From Nitrosopumilus sp. (GTDB lineage Archaea > Thermoproteota > Nitrososphaeria > Nitrososphaerales > Nitrosopumilaceae): 64,000 nt of DNA. Made by a program: the position numbers and the translations under genes. Under the pieces are notes generated by a model, which had not been told where the DNA came from, ran no database searches, and worked only from the letters and a program-made list of their open reading frames with translations. This document shows positions 48,951 to 59,220 of the stretch, piece after piece. Within the stretch, counting starts at the first letter, position 1; each line of letters opens with the position of its first letter. The stretch is taken from NCBI RefSeq assembly GCF_025698945.1, contig NZ_JAILWM010000002.1, forward strand, positions 166,680 to 230,679. The letters run 5' to 3'.

Positions 48951-49979
48951 ATGAGTTGTTCTGGAGAAACAATTGAAGAGGATGATCACCTAATTCAGAT
49001 CAAACCAACAATATCTGAGCAATTAAAAAAAGCAAAGTATGGTGTTGCAGATCATTCAACAGTCGAGCTTTGTCATTGGACGAAAAAATCTTTCAAGCAT
49101 GAAGGAAGTTGTTACAAACACAAATTCTATGGAATTTCAACTCATAGATGTATGGAGTTTTCTCCAGCAGGTATGCATTGTGAAAATCGTTGTGTGTATT
49201 GTTGGAGACCAATGGAGTTTTATGATTCTCTAAAAATGGATGCTGAACAAGTTGCAGAACCAAAAGATATCCTAATTAAATTAATGGCTGAAAGAAAAAA
49301 ACTAATCAATGGATATTATGGTGATTCTAGAAACGATAAACAAAGATTAGATGAATCATTGCTACCAAGTCACTATGCCATTTCACTTTCTGGGGAGCCA
49401 ACTATGTATCCAAAACTACCTGAGCTAATAAAATATCTAAAATCACTTGAAGCAACAAAATCAATATTTCTTGTAACAAACGGACAAGAGCCAGACATGA
49501 TTCAAAGGTTACAAGATGAGGATGCATTACCTACACAATTGTATCTATCAACTAATGCTGCAGATTATGAGTCATTTTTAAGAATTAACAAACCAAAATA
49601 TGATGACTCATGGGAAAGATGGAACAGAACTCTTGATATGTTAAAGAATTTGAATACCAGAACAGTTCTACGAATTACTCTAATTCGAGACTTTAACACA
49701 CAAAAGGAAATGATTCCAGCCTTTGCAGAAATGTTTAAAAAATCTAGTCCACATTTCATTGAGATAAAATCTTACATGCATATTGGTCGTTCAACTAACA
49801 GACTAGAGCATTCAAACATGTTAGAAATGGAAGAAGTAAAACAATTCAGTGAAGAAATTATCAAACAAAGTAAAATATTTTCAATCATGGATGAAAGTTT
49901 TGTATCAAGAATTTGTGTATTACAAAATAAAGAACGATTTATAGATCGTTGGATTCCTGCCTATCTAAATACCATTTAG
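48951..49979 (+). CDS. taw1: 4-demethylwyosine synthase (radical SAM, TYW1/Taw1)
   Basis: CHWTKK, CYKHKFYGI, CENRCVYCWR, SLSGEP; start re-called to ATG 48951. Confidence 0.93.
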   Translation: MSCSGETIEEDDHLIQIKPTISEQLKKAKYGVADHSTVELCHWTKKSFKHEGSCYKHKFYGISTHRCMEFSPAGMHCENRCVYCWRPMEFYDSLKMDAEQVAEPKDILIKLMAERKKLINGYYGDSRNDKQRLDESLLPSHYAISLSGEPTMYPKLPELIKYLKSLEATKSIFLVTNGQEPDMIQRLQDEDALPTQLYLSTNAADYESFLRINKPKYDDSWERWNRTLDMLKNLNTRTVLRITLIRDFNTQKEMIPAFAEMFKKSSPHFIEIKSYMHIGRSTNRLEHSNMLEMEEVKQFSEEIIKQSKIFSIMDESFVSRICVLQNKERFIDRWIPAYLNTI

Positions 49980-50523
49980 AAAATTTTTTTAGTGCTTTGT
50001 ATCTATGAGATAATTGATTTTTATTTTTTAATTCAGCAAAAGTTTTAGAAGAATTTATTGGTGTAAAGATTGGATCATATCCCCAGCCTTTTCCTTTTAG
50101 GGATTTAGAAATTGTTCCACTAATCTTTGCGTTAAATGATTGTAAATTTTTTTTATCACAAAAAGTAATTATTGATTCAAACTTTGCTTTTCTATTATTT
50201 TTTAACAAATTAAGAATTCCAACATTACCAATAGTTTGAAAAACATATGATGAGTATGGACCAGGAAATCCAGACAGAGAATCAATAAAAAGTCCATCAT
50301 CTTCAATAATCAAAGGCTTTTTACATTTTGAAAAAGCATCTTTAGCTTTTTTCTTTGCAATATCTTTCAAGGAATTTGATTGAATTTCCTCTAGTTCAGT
50401 TTTGAAAAATCCAATTTCAATTCCAAATGTATTGAGAATTTTTTTGACTTCTTGGTATTTGTGTTTATTAGACGATACAAAGTAAATATCAAACAACTGT
50501 TGCATATCTTCCACGACTCTCAA
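49939..50523 (-). CDS. rdgB: RdgB/HAM1 non-canonical purine NTP pyrophosphatase (start likely 50505)
   Basis: SSNKHK, EEIQ, EDDGL, FPGPYS, WGYDPIF, SHR. Confidence 0.93.
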   Translation of the reverse strand: MRVVEDMQQLFDIYFVSSNKHKYQEVKKILNTFGIEIGFFKTELEEIQSNSLKDIAKKKAKDAFSKCKKPLIIEDDGLFIDSLSGFPGPYSSYVFQTIGNVGILNLLKNNRKAKFESIITFCDKKNLQSFNAKISGTISKSLKGKGWGYDPIFTPINSSKTFAELKNKNQLSHRYKALKKFSKWYLDRQESNDL

Positions 50524-51115
50524 TATCTGAGACCAAATTTAGGATTTTTATATAATACTCATTTCCTACTACAGATTTGTATCCTAAAAGGAAATTTTTC
50601 CAGGCAGGAATCATAATTTTAGCATGAGCGCTGTTTAGAATTTCTTTAATTAATCTTAAATCAACTGCGTGGTCTTCAGGTTTTATAGTATTTTGTGATA
50701 GACCAAAATCAATAACATATACAATATTTTGAAATAAAATAAAATTTGATGTGGTTAGATCACCATGCATTATTCCATTTTTATGTAGCAATCCAACCAA
50801 TTTTCCAATTTGTTTTGATAATTCAATTATTTTTGATTCAGATAAATCATGAACGGGTTTACCAGGAATTTCTTGCATTGTTATTGAAGTATTATTCATA
50901 TTTACAAAATAAACCATAGGTGATGGAATGCCAAATGATTTTACATGAGATAACATTTGAGATTCTTTAATTGTTCTTTGCTTTCTGATTTTTGAATCAA
51001 GAGAATCATTACGATAGTTCTTAATCTTTCGAATTTTTAGAATGGCTTTAGAGTCTTGCCAAAAAGTTTGATAAATGTCAGCTTCTGCTCCTTTTTTGAT
51101 TAATTTCATTAACAT
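50489..51115 (-). CDS. bud32: KEOPS kinase Bud32
   Basis: KGAEADI, HGDLTTSN, IDFGL, AVDL, RGRY. Confidence 0.95.
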   Translation of the reverse strand: MLMKLIKKGAEADIYQTFWQDSKAILKIRKIKNYRNDSLDSKIRKQRTIKESQMLSHVKSFGIPSPMVYFVNMNNTSITMQEIPGKPVHDLSESKIIELSKQIGKLVGLLHKNGIMHGDLTTSNFILFQNIVYVIDFGLSQNTIKPEDHAVDLRLIKEILNSAHAKIMIPAWKNFLLGYKSVVGNEYYIKILNLVSDIESRGRYATVV

Positions 51116-51146
51116 TATATCTATAGGAATTCAATAAAAATTAACC

Positions 51147-51473
51147 ATGGATGAGGGAGAAAAGAAGATCAAGCAAGAAGATTGTAATGAGGATAATCTA
51201 GGTGCAGGAATTCTTACATTAACAAATAAGAGATTAGCATTTGATAAAACAAGATCTAGAATGATGGACTTTTCTAAACAATTTGGTGATACAGTAATTG
51301 ATGTTTCGCTAGAGAATGTTACTAAAACTTGGAAAGAAGGATTACTAATCAAAAAAGTGTGTTTTACTGCAAAAACCGATAATGGTGAACAAATCTTCAA
51401 GTTTGGAGTTTTTAATACTAAAGGATGGTTGAAGAGCATTGAAAACGCAATAAGTGAATTTAAAAATCAATAA
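51147..51473 (+). CDS. Hypothetical PH/GRAM-like domain protein
   Basis: GILTLTNKRLAF..WLKSIENAI. Confidence 0.6.
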   Translation: MDEGEKKIKQEDCNEDNLGAGILTLTNKRLAFDKTRSRMMDFSKQFGDTVIDVSLENVTKTWKEGLLIKKVCFTAKTDNGEQIFKFGVFNTKGWLKSIENAISEFKNQ

Positions 51474-52450
51474 TCTACTTTAACAGAGTCTAATCTCCAT
51501 GATTGTGTAACAAAAGTATCTTTGAGATTTACTCCACGCTTAACCTGAGATTCTAATAGACCAGTCCAGCAAATTTGACTTCCACAATCACCTGAATATT
51601 TTAAAGGCACCACATAAAATTTGCAATTGTGTCTTTTACATACATCTTGAAGCATTTCAGATAATCTTTTGTTAGCAGCAACTCCACCAACAATCATCAA
51701 TTCTTTTTTTCCAGTAAATGACAGGGCTCTCTCAACAGTTTCACTTATCATCGCAAAAGCTGTTTCTTGAAGGGAATAACATGCATCATTCTTGCTTTTT
51801 TTTGCAATAGATTTTGTTGCAGATAATAGTCCTGAAAATGAAACATCATTTCCCTTAACTGAATATGGCAAAACAATATAATTTGAAGATAAAGATGCCA
51901 AGTCTTCAATATTTTTACCACATGGTGAAGCAAATCCAAGAGAGCGACCAAATTGATCAAGTAGTTGACCTAAAGTAATGTCCAGAGTTTCTCCAAAAAC
52001 TCGCCACTGCTTGTTTAGAAATGCTAGCAACATTGTATGACCACCTGAAACTAAAAGAACAAGAGGATTCGTAGCTCCAGTAAGTAATTTTCCTAATTCA
52101 ATATGTCCAATTGCATGATTGACAGGATAAATCGGAATTTTATAAAATGAAGATAGAGATCTTGCTACTACTGCACCCACTCGTAAACAAGGACCAAGAC
52201 CTGGACCTGCAGCATATGAAATAATGTCCAAGTCCTTGATTGTAGTATTTGCTTCTTTTAGACATTCAGATAGAACAATTGAGCTGTTTTCGATATGATG
52301 GCGTGATGCCTCTCTTGGATGAATCCCTTCTCCATCATCTGGGCGATAAATTTTTTTTATATCAGAGAGAATCTTGCCTTTCTTGCCTTTTTTTTCTATA
52401 ATTGCACAAGAGAATGTGTGAGCAGTACTTTCAATTCCCAGACCAAGCAT
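51467..52450 (-). CDS. kae1: KEOPS N6-threonylcarbamoyltransferase Kae1
   Basis: LGIESTAHT, GPGLGPCL, VNHAIGHIE, VSGGHT, GDCGSQI. Confidence 0.96.
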   Translation of the reverse strand: MLGLGIESTAHTFSCAIIEKKGKKGKILSDIKKIYRPDDGEGIHPREASRHHIENSSIVLSECLKEANTTIKDLDIISYAAGPGLGPCLRVGAVVARSLSSFYKIPIYPVNHAIGHIELGKLLTGATNPLVLLVSGGHTMLLAFLNKQWRVFGETLDITLGQLLDQFGRSLGFASPCGKNIEDLASLSSNYIVLPYSVKGNDVSFSGLLSATKSIAKKSKNDACYSLQETAFAMISETVERALSFTGKKELMIVGGVAANKRLSEMLQDVCKRHNCKFYVVPLKYSGDCGSQICWTGLLESQVKRGVNLKDTFVTQSWRLDSVKVDY

Positions 52451-52451
52451 G

Positions 52452-53648
52452 TTATCCCCTACTTAATGTAGATACAATTTTGATAACATCGCCATTTTTG
52501 AGTTTTTGCTCTCCACTGATTCGTTGTTTTGTTTTACAATCAATAGCATGCAAAAATCCCTTTGCAATATCAGCATGAATCAAACCTGCCAAATCTTTTG
52601 CAGTAGAATCTTGTGGGATTAATTTGGTGTCAGGTAAAATTTCTCCATCTTTGTTTGTTAGTTTAGTTTCATCCTCTACAGGATAGACTACAATAAATTT
52701 AAGAGAATCAAATACAGCAGTATTTAGAATTTTTTGAATGCCAGTAGAAGAAATTTTTGTTAATACAGACTTTACCAATTCAAGTGCTTTTTGCTGAGGA
52801 GGTGGAATTTCTTTTCCTTGAACAATATCAAAATCTTCATCCCCTGGTGAGTAGTGTATGATTCCTGCTTTTGCTGCTTTACGTAAAAGGAGTTCAGTTT
52901 CAGCACTACAAGGAATTGTGATTTCTGGAATTTTTTTAATTACTTCAAAATCTTTACATAAATCTGCTTTATTTGCTGCAATAATCATGGGTTTAGTACT
53001 CTTTCTTAATTCCTTTACAAATCTTTGAATGTCTTCATCTTGCCAATCTTTTGGGTTTTTTGAGATTAGACCCTGTCTTTGTAAAATTTCTTGTACTTGA
53101 TAGTCCTTTATGCCTAATCCAGTGAATCGCTTTGCAATTCCATCAGTTAGTTTTGCACGCTTTTGATCAATTTCTCTTGTAATCTTATCCCATTCTCGCT
53201 TTAAAATATCTGCAAACCATTGATCAAATTCATCTTGAACAAATGCAACGTCCTCTAGAGGATCATGGGTTCCTACTGGAATTGGTTGTCCTTGGATATC
53301 AGTTGTTCCTGCAATATCTACAACATGTATCAAAACTTCAGCTTGTCTTGCGTCATCAAGGAATTGATTTCCTAGTCCTTTTCCTTCATGTGCACCAGGA
53401 ACTAATCCAGCAACATCAATTAGTTTGACTGGAATAAATCTAGTCCCATTAACACATAATGGATTTTCATGTTTTATTCCAAAATGTTTGCAAGCACAAT
53501 CAGACTGAACATAAGCCACACCAATGTTTGGTTCAATTGTAGTAAATGGAAAATTTCCTGACGCTACAGGTGTTTCAGTTGCAGCTGAGAAAAAAGTAGA
53601 TTTTCCAACATTTGCTTTACCCAATAGTCCAATTTGCAATATTCTCAA
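52452..53648 (-). CDS. ychF: YchF-related Obg-family ATPase/GTPase
   Basis: GKANVGKST, FPFTTIEPN, DVAGLV, NKAD, C-terminal TGS. Confidence 0.9.
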   Translation of the reverse strand: MRILQIGLLGKANVGKSTFFSAATETPVASGNFPFTTIEPNIGVAYVQSDCACKHFGIKHENPLCVNGTRFIPVKLIDVAGLVPGAHEGKGLGNQFLDDARQAEVLIHVVDIAGTTDIQGQPIPVGTHDPLEDVAFVQDEFDQWFADILKREWDKITREIDQKRAKLTDGIAKRFTGLGIKDYQVQEILQRQGLISKNPKDWQDEDIQRFVKELRKSTKPMIIAANKADLCKDFEVIKKIPEITIPCSAETELLLRKAAKAGIIHYSPGDEDFDIVQGKEIPPPQQKALELVKSVLTKISSTGIQKILNTAVFDSLKFIVVYPVEDETKLTNKDGEILPDTKLIPQDSTAKDLAGLIHADIAKGFLHAIDCKTKQRISGEQKLKNGDVIKIVSTLSRG

Positions 53649-53712
53649 AAATTCAATTCTACTTATTAGTATTGCAGAAATCGTTTAATGTTGATTATAC
53701 AGTTTTTAGTTA

Positions 53713-54261
53713 ATGTCAATTGCAATTACTGGAAATCCTGGAGTGGGAAAACATAGTATTTCAGATAAAATTGCTCAGAAATTCAATCTAAATGTAATTG
53801 ACATCAACAAAATAGCAAAAGATTCAGGATTATTTGAAGTAAATCAAAATACTAATGATGTAGATACTGAAAAACTAAAAAAAGTCCTTAAAGAAAAAAT
53901 ATCTAAAAATAGCCTAATCATAGGACATTTAGCTCCATATGTTCTAGAAAAAAATCAAGTGGAAAAAATAATTATTCTGAGAAGAAATCCCTATGAACTT
54001 CTCGATGTGTATAAACAAAGAAAGTATAATGATAAAAAAAGTAAGGAAAACACGGGTAGTGAAATTTTAGGCATTATCACCCATGATACAATCAGAGAAT
54101 TTCAAGAGAAAGCATTTCAAATAGATACGAGTGAAAAAAGCATTCAGGAGGTAACAGAAAAAGCCATCAATGTTATTTCAGGCGATACTCAAACGGAGGA
54201 AGTCGATTGGCTTGATTTAGTAACAAAAAATAATGATTTTAAAAAATTTTTTGATGATTGA
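53713..54261 (+). CDS. Archaeal adenylate kinase, AK6/Fap7 family
   Basis: ITGNPGVGK, GHLA, LRRNP, EILG. Confidence 0.85.
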   Translation: MSIAITGNPGVGKHSISDKIAQKFNLNVIDINKIAKDSGLFEVNQNTNDVDTEKLKKVLKEKISKNSLIIGHLAPYVLEKNQVEKIIILRRNPYELLDVYKQRKYNDKKSKENTGSEILGIITHDTIREFQEKAFQIDTSEKSIQEVTEKAINVISGDTQTEEVDWLDLVTKNNDFKKFFDD

Positions 54262-54280
54262 TTAAATAACGTCTTATATT

Positions 54281-55804
54281 TTGGAAGATCACTTGTTTGA
54301 AATATCAAAGACAGATTTAGCTGGAAGGATAGGAACTCTTTACACTAACCATGGAAAGATTGAGACACCAGCTTATGTTCCTGTAATTCACCCAGTAAAA
54401 CAAACCATCCCATCAAAGAAAATTCGAGATATGGGTTTTGATCTAGTAATTACCAATGCATACATTACAAAAAATAATTATGGAGATGATGCAATTAAAA
54501 AAGGAATTCACAAAATCATAGATTTTGACGGAGCAATCATGACAGATTCAGGTGGTTACCAGGTTTTAGAATATGGAGATCTAAAAGTTTTGCCACCAGA
54601 GATGGCAAATTTTGAGAAAGGGATTTTAACGGATTTTGCAATCCCACTTGACAAACCAACAGGATTTGGCTTACCAATTAAAAAAGCAGAAGCGTATGTA
54701 AAACACACTCTCAAAGTTTCAAAACAAACCCTTGATGAAAAAGAGAATAATGGTCAGATATGGATTGGTCCGATTCAGGGCGGAGAACATTTTGAACTAG
54801 TTGCAAAATCAACAAAGAGTCTAGTAGACATTGGATTTGAAATGTTAGCTTTGGGAAGTCCAGTTGAATTTATGGAATCATATGAGTATAGATTGTTGGC
54901 TCAGATGATAGTGGCTGCAAAAAAGAATATGCCTCATTCTATTCCATTGCATCTGTTTGGAGCAGGACATCCACTAACCATTCCTTTTGCCGTGGCTTTG
55001 GGTTGTGATACTTTTGATTCAGCATCATACATGCTTTATGCAAAGCAATTACGATACATAACTGATGATGGTACTCGTTATTTATCAGATATTTCCACTT
55101 TCCCATGCAATTGTGAAGTCTGCTCAAAATACACTCCAGATGAGTTACGTCAGCTTGAGTCAACTGATAAAATCAATCAGTTAGCGATTCATAATTTGTA
55201 TTCAATAAAACTTGAAGTTGACAGGGTAAAACAGGCAATTCATGAGGGAAGATTATGGGAGTATGTAATGAAAAAGGCAAGGGCCCATCCCAAATTATTT
55301 GAAATGGTTGAAGTAATGACCAAAAATTATGAATTTCTAAGTATAACTACACCAAAATTTAAAGAAAAAGCAATTTTTCTTTATGGAAAAGAGGATCAAT
55401 TCCGTCCAGAGGTTCAATCATATCACAATATTGTCAGAGAATTCAAATCAAAGAAAAAAAGAATAATCATTACCAGTGAGAGCAGCACAAAGCCAGCATA
55501 TCTATCACATCAATACGTGGGATTAAAAAGAAAAATCAAAGATTTTGAGTCTTTCCAAGTTTGTCAATACAATCCAGTTTTAGGATTGATTCCAATAGAG
55601 ATTTCAGATATTTTTCCTGCAGCACATCATGAGACTGCCAGAATTGATTTTGACCCAAAAGAATTCTCAGTATTTGAGAATACTTGGAAAAATTTCTTTG
55701 ATAAAAACAAATTTGAAGAGATACATTATGACAGAAAAGATGAATTTGTAAAACATTTTGTAAAAACTCTACCAAAAAAAATTAAGAAAAAATCATTTGT
55801 ATAA
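54281..55804 (+). CDS. tgtA: Archaeosine tRNA-guanine transglycosylase
   Basis: IETPAYVPV, MTDSGGYQ, PIQGG, HLFGAG, FDSASY, CNCEVC. Confidence 0.95.
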   Translation: MEDHLFEISKTDLAGRIGTLYTNHGKIETPAYVPVIHPVKQTIPSKKIRDMGFDLVITNAYITKNNYGDDAIKKGIHKIIDFDGAIMTDSGGYQVLEYGDLKVLPPEMANFEKGILTDFAIPLDKPTGFGLPIKKAEAYVKHTLKVSKQTLDEKENNGQIWIGPIQGGEHFELVAKSTKSLVDIGFEMLALGSPVEFMESYEYRLLAQMIVAAKKNMPHSIPLHLFGAGHPLTIPFAVALGCDTFDSASYMLYAKQLRYITDDGTRYLSDISTFPCNCEVCSKYTPDELRQLESTDKINQLAIHNLYSIKLEVDRVKQAIHEGRLWEYVMKKARAHPKLFEMVEVMTKNYEFLSITTPKFKEKAIFLYGKEDQFRPEVQSYHNIVREFKSKKKRIIITSESSTKPAYLSHQYVGLKRKIKDFESFQVCQYNPVLGLIPIEISDIFPAAHHETARIDFDPKEFSVFENTWKNFFDKNKFEEIHYDRKDEFVKHFVKTLPKKIKKKSFV

Positions 55805-55842
55805 TTAAAAATAAGAAAAAAGAATGTGCTAAAAGATTCAGC

Positions 55843-56145
55843 TTATAGTGCTGCGTCTTCTGCCCAACCTTTGATGAAGATACCGTTTTTGTGAAGAGGT
55901 ACTGGTTGTCCAGCGGTGTAATTCATTGGTCTCATCCAAAAGATTGACTTTGTTGGGCATACACCTATGCATGCACCATCAGAAATACATCTTTCTGGAT
56001 AGAAAACAAATGCTTTACCTCTCTTCCAGCCTTCAACAGGTTTTACTCTAAGGACATCTGGACCAAGAGTTGTACAGATTTCTACACATAGTGCACATCC
56101 GATACATCTTTGTTCATCAATGTCTGGAAGTATTGCTATTGGCAT
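55843..56145 (-). CDS. 2[4Fe-4S] ferredoxin
   Basis: CIGCALCVEIC and CISDGACIGVCP. Confidence 0.93.
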   Translation of the reverse strand: MPIAILPDIDEQRCIGCALCVEICTTLGPDVLRVKPVEGWKRGKAFVFYPERCISDGACIGVCPTKSIFWMRPMNYTAGQPVPLHKNGIFIKGWAEDAAL

Positions 56146-56285
56146 TACAATTACAAGATGGCTTGGAGACTATTTAAACCATGATTGAAATTCATAACCC
56201 TGTTATGAAATAGATCTATGAAAAAATATGCGCAGAATTTAGATTCGAAAATCTAAAAAACAAAAAGATAACGTGTTTTACACGT

Positions 56286-56498
56286 TTATTTTCTCATTGC
56301 GTCTATTTGACCAGAAGTAACCCAGTCAAGTAATTCAGCAGAAGAAGGATTTAGGTCTGCTTTCTGATTCATCAGATTGTTAACCCAAATCCAGTTAATT
56401 TGGTTTAGGAGTGGTTTGTTTGCTTCGTCACCTGCACGTGTTTTAGCGACGACGGCTTGATCTTGTTGTCCTAACCATTCTTGGAAGCTTCTTCCCAT
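56286..56498 (-). CDS. Small conserved hypothetical protein
   Basis: 70 aa, own TATA and hairpin/T-rich terminator. Confidence 0.75.
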   Translation of the reverse strand: MGRSFQEWLGQQDQAVVAKTRAGDEANKPLLNQINWIWVNNLMNQKADLNPSSAELLDWVTSGQIDAMRK

Positions 56499-56611
56499 GA
56501 GGATCGGATCTTAGCTTACACTAATTAAAGCTTTTGTAGATTCCATAACAGGCATAATGATCGGTCTAATGCTAAGAAGGTTTTAACGTCGTCTTAAATT
56601 CACTTTAATTC

Positions 56612-57877
56612 TTGAATGTTAAAGTTTTAGGAGCTGCAAATGAAGTTGGCAGATCTGGTTTTTTAGTTGATTGCAATGGAACTAACCTGTTACTTGATTA
56701 TGGAGTATTATTTGGAAGAAGAGGAACACCACCCCAATATCCTGTTCATGTAAAACCAAAGGATTTGGATGCAATAATTATCACACATGCACATCTTGAT
56801 CATTCAGGAAATGTACCATCACTTTTTGTAAGTGGAAATACTGATGTCTATGCAACTCCACCAACCTTTGATTTATCAAAATTATTAATTGAAGACATGC
56901 TAAAAATTGAAAAAAATTCACACCCATTTGATATTCCTGAACTAAATAATATGATGAAAAATGCCAAAGAAATTGGTTTTAAAGAAAAAATTACCAAAGG
57001 AAATGCAACTTTTGAATTAAGAGAGTCAGGACATGTGATTGGTGGAAGTACAGTATTAGTGGAATCTGAAAAAAAGCGTCTATTCTATACAGGTGATATA
57101 AAGACAAATGGTTCACGAATGCTTCGAGAGATGGATTTGGATATTGGTGAGATTGACTTGCTAATTACTGAGAGTACTTATGCAATGACTGAGCAAAGAC
57201 CTAGAAAAGAAACTGAAAGGGAATTAATTGAATTTGCAAATGAGGTAATGGATAGAAAAGGAACACTGTTTATTCCATCTTTTTCAGTTGAACGCTCTCA
57301 AGAAATTGCATGTATTTTAAAGAGTGCTAACTTTAAACATAAAATCATCATGGATGGAATGGCATTAAAAGTAAACGAGATAATGTTTAGACATCCAGAT
57401 TATTTACGAGATCCTAAAGTTTTCTCAGAAGCAATCAAAAGTGCTGTATCAATCAGAGAACATAATGAAAGGAAACATGCAATGGAAGAGCCATGTGTTG
57501 TAATTTCACCTGCAGGAATGTTAGTGGGAGGAAATGCAGTGTATTATTTACAACAACTTTCATTTGATGATAAAAACGGAATTGCTCTTGTCTCGTACCA
57601 AGGAGAAGGAACTCCTGGAAGAAAATTACTTGAAACTGGAAAAGTTTCCTCACGGGGTAAAGATATTCATGTTACTGCTGAAGTAAAACAATTTGATTTT
57701 TCTGGGCATGCCGATAGAAATGAATTATTTGATATGATCAAACAGATAAAGGGAAATCCTAAAGTGTGTACTGTTCATGGAGACACTGAATCATGTGAAT
57801 TATTTGCAAAGGAAATTAATGAGAAATTTGGGTTAGAGACTATCGCTCCGAAAGTCAATGATGTAATTTCAGTATAA
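56612..57877 (+). CDS. Beta-CASP metallo-beta-lactamase ribonuclease
   Basis: EVGRS, THAHLDHSG, SGHVIG, ESTY, FSGHAD, VHG. Confidence 0.92.
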   Translation: MNVKVLGAANEVGRSGFLVDCNGTNLLLDYGVLFGRRGTPPQYPVHVKPKDLDAIIITHAHLDHSGNVPSLFVSGNTDVYATPPTFDLSKLLIEDMLKIEKNSHPFDIPELNNMMKNAKEIGFKEKITKGNATFELRESGHVIGGSTVLVESEKKRLFYTGDIKTNGSRMLREMDLDIGEIDLLITESTYAMTEQRPRKETERELIEFANEVMDRKGTLFIPSFSVERSQEIACILKSANFKHKIIMDGMALKVNEIMFRHPDYLRDPKVFSEAIKSAVSIREHNERKHAMEEPCVVISPAGMLVGGNAVYYLQQLSFDDKNGIALVSYQGEGTPGRKLLETGKVSSRGKDIHVTAEVKQFDFSGHADRNELFDMIKQIKGNPKVCTVHGDTESCELFAKEINEKFGLETIAPKVNDVISV

Positions 57878-57878
57878 T

Positions 57879-58721
57879 ATGCAAAAAAAGTATACAATAA
57901 ATGTAGATATTTCAATTAATAGTGGCCAAGTTTTTCTTTGGAGAAAATATCAGGATTATTGGTATGGGGTAAATGGACAAAATGTTCTAAGGATTGATAA
58001 TTTAGGTAAAATCAAATCATATCAAAATAAATCCATTGATTTTTTTAGAAATAAAGACAACACAGACCAAATAATAAAATCAATTTCAAAAGACAAGGTA
58101 ACAAAAAATTCCGTAAAAAAATATTTTGGTTTAAGATTAATGGATCAAGATCCTTTCCAATGTTTGATTTCATTTATTGTGTCTTCAAATTCAAATATTC
58201 CAAAAATTAAACAAAGCTTAGAATGTATTTGTGCAAGATTTGGAGATAAGATAAAATTTGACAATAAGGAATTTTTTTTATTTCCAACACCCGAAAAATT
58301 ATCTCAAGCGTCAATTTTTGAAATTAAAAAATGCGGAGTTGGATATCGTGCAAAATTTATCAAAGAAGCTGCAAAAGTAGTTGTTTTAAAAAAAATAGAT
58401 TTTGAGGAGTTAAGAAAAACAAACTATTCTGAGGCTAAAAAACATATTTGTAAAATTCCAGGTGTTGGAAATAAAGTGGCTGATTGCGTATTATTATTCT
58501 CATTAAATAAACTGGAATCTTTTCCATTAGATAGATGGATGATTAAAATTTTAGAGAAATATTATTTGGATGAATTTAAAATAATGACAAAAACCATTAC
58601 AGAAAAACAATATGAAATATTACATGAAAAAATTGTAAAACATTTTGGCCCCTATGCAGGATTTGCGCAACAATTTCTCTTCAAAATGGAAAGAGAAAAT
58701 TACAAAAAAAAGTGGCTGTAA
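57879..58721 (+). CDS. ogg: 8-oxoguanine DNA glycosylase (OGG1/HhH-GPD family)
   Basis: SGQVF, QDPFQCLISFI, GVGYRA, GVGNKVADC, FPLD. Confidence 0.88.
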   Translation: MQKKYTINVDISINSGQVFLWRKYQDYWYGVNGQNVLRIDNLGKIKSYQNKSIDFFRNKDNTDQIIKSISKDKVTKNSVKKYFGLRLMDQDPFQCLISFIVSSNSNIPKIKQSLECICARFGDKIKFDNKEFFLFPTPEKLSQASIFEIKKCGVGYRAKFIKEAAKVVVLKKIDFEELRKTNYSEAKKHICKIPGVGNKVADCVLLFSLNKLESFPLDRWMIKILEKYYLDEFKIMTKTITEKQYEILHEKIVKHFGPYAGFAQQFLFKMERENYKKKWL

Positions 58722-58754
58722 ACCCTTAAAATGGCAATTAATTGCTATGTTTTT

Positions 58755-58829
58755 GGGCCTATAGCTCAGCATGGATAGAGTGTTGGACTTCTAATCCAAT
58801 GGTCAAGGGATCGAAGCCCTTTGGGCCCG
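58755..58829 (+). tRNA. tRNA-Arg(TCT)
   Basis: GGGCCTA/TGGGCCC-G; TTGGA-CTTCTAA-TCCAA. Confidence 0.95.
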
Positions 58830-58869
58830 TTTAACAAAATTATTTATTCTAAATTAATTAGGTATTCTC

Positions 58870-59220
58870 GTGAAGGATATAGATTTTAAATTAAATTCTA
58901 CAGATATTCATCCAAACACAGAGATAAAGGGAGTAATTTCAGTATCTTATCCAGGAAGATATGATGGAGTTGTAATTAATACTCAAATTTCTGATTCAAA
59001 TGAGCACATTATTTACAAATCATATAATGGGAAAAATATCTCTCAAAATGTTTCAAGATTGTTTATCAACAAAGATGTAATGCCTGATAATACTGCAGAG
59101 TTTACTGCACTAATTCAATTTGAACCAAAGCAAGAACATGAGATAAAATTCAGAGCATCAATTATTGAACAACACAAAGAAATTGAAAGTCAGATAATTT
59201 TTGCAAAATATTCTGTCTAG
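58870..59220 (+). CDS. Hypothetical protein
   Basis: 116-aa beta-rich ORF. Confidence 0.65.
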   Translation: MKDIDFKLNSTDIHPNTEIKGVISVSYPGRYDGVVINTQISDSNEHIIYKSYNGKNISQNVSRLFINKDVMPDNTAEFTALIQFEPKQEHEIKFRASIIEQHKEIESQIIFAKYSV

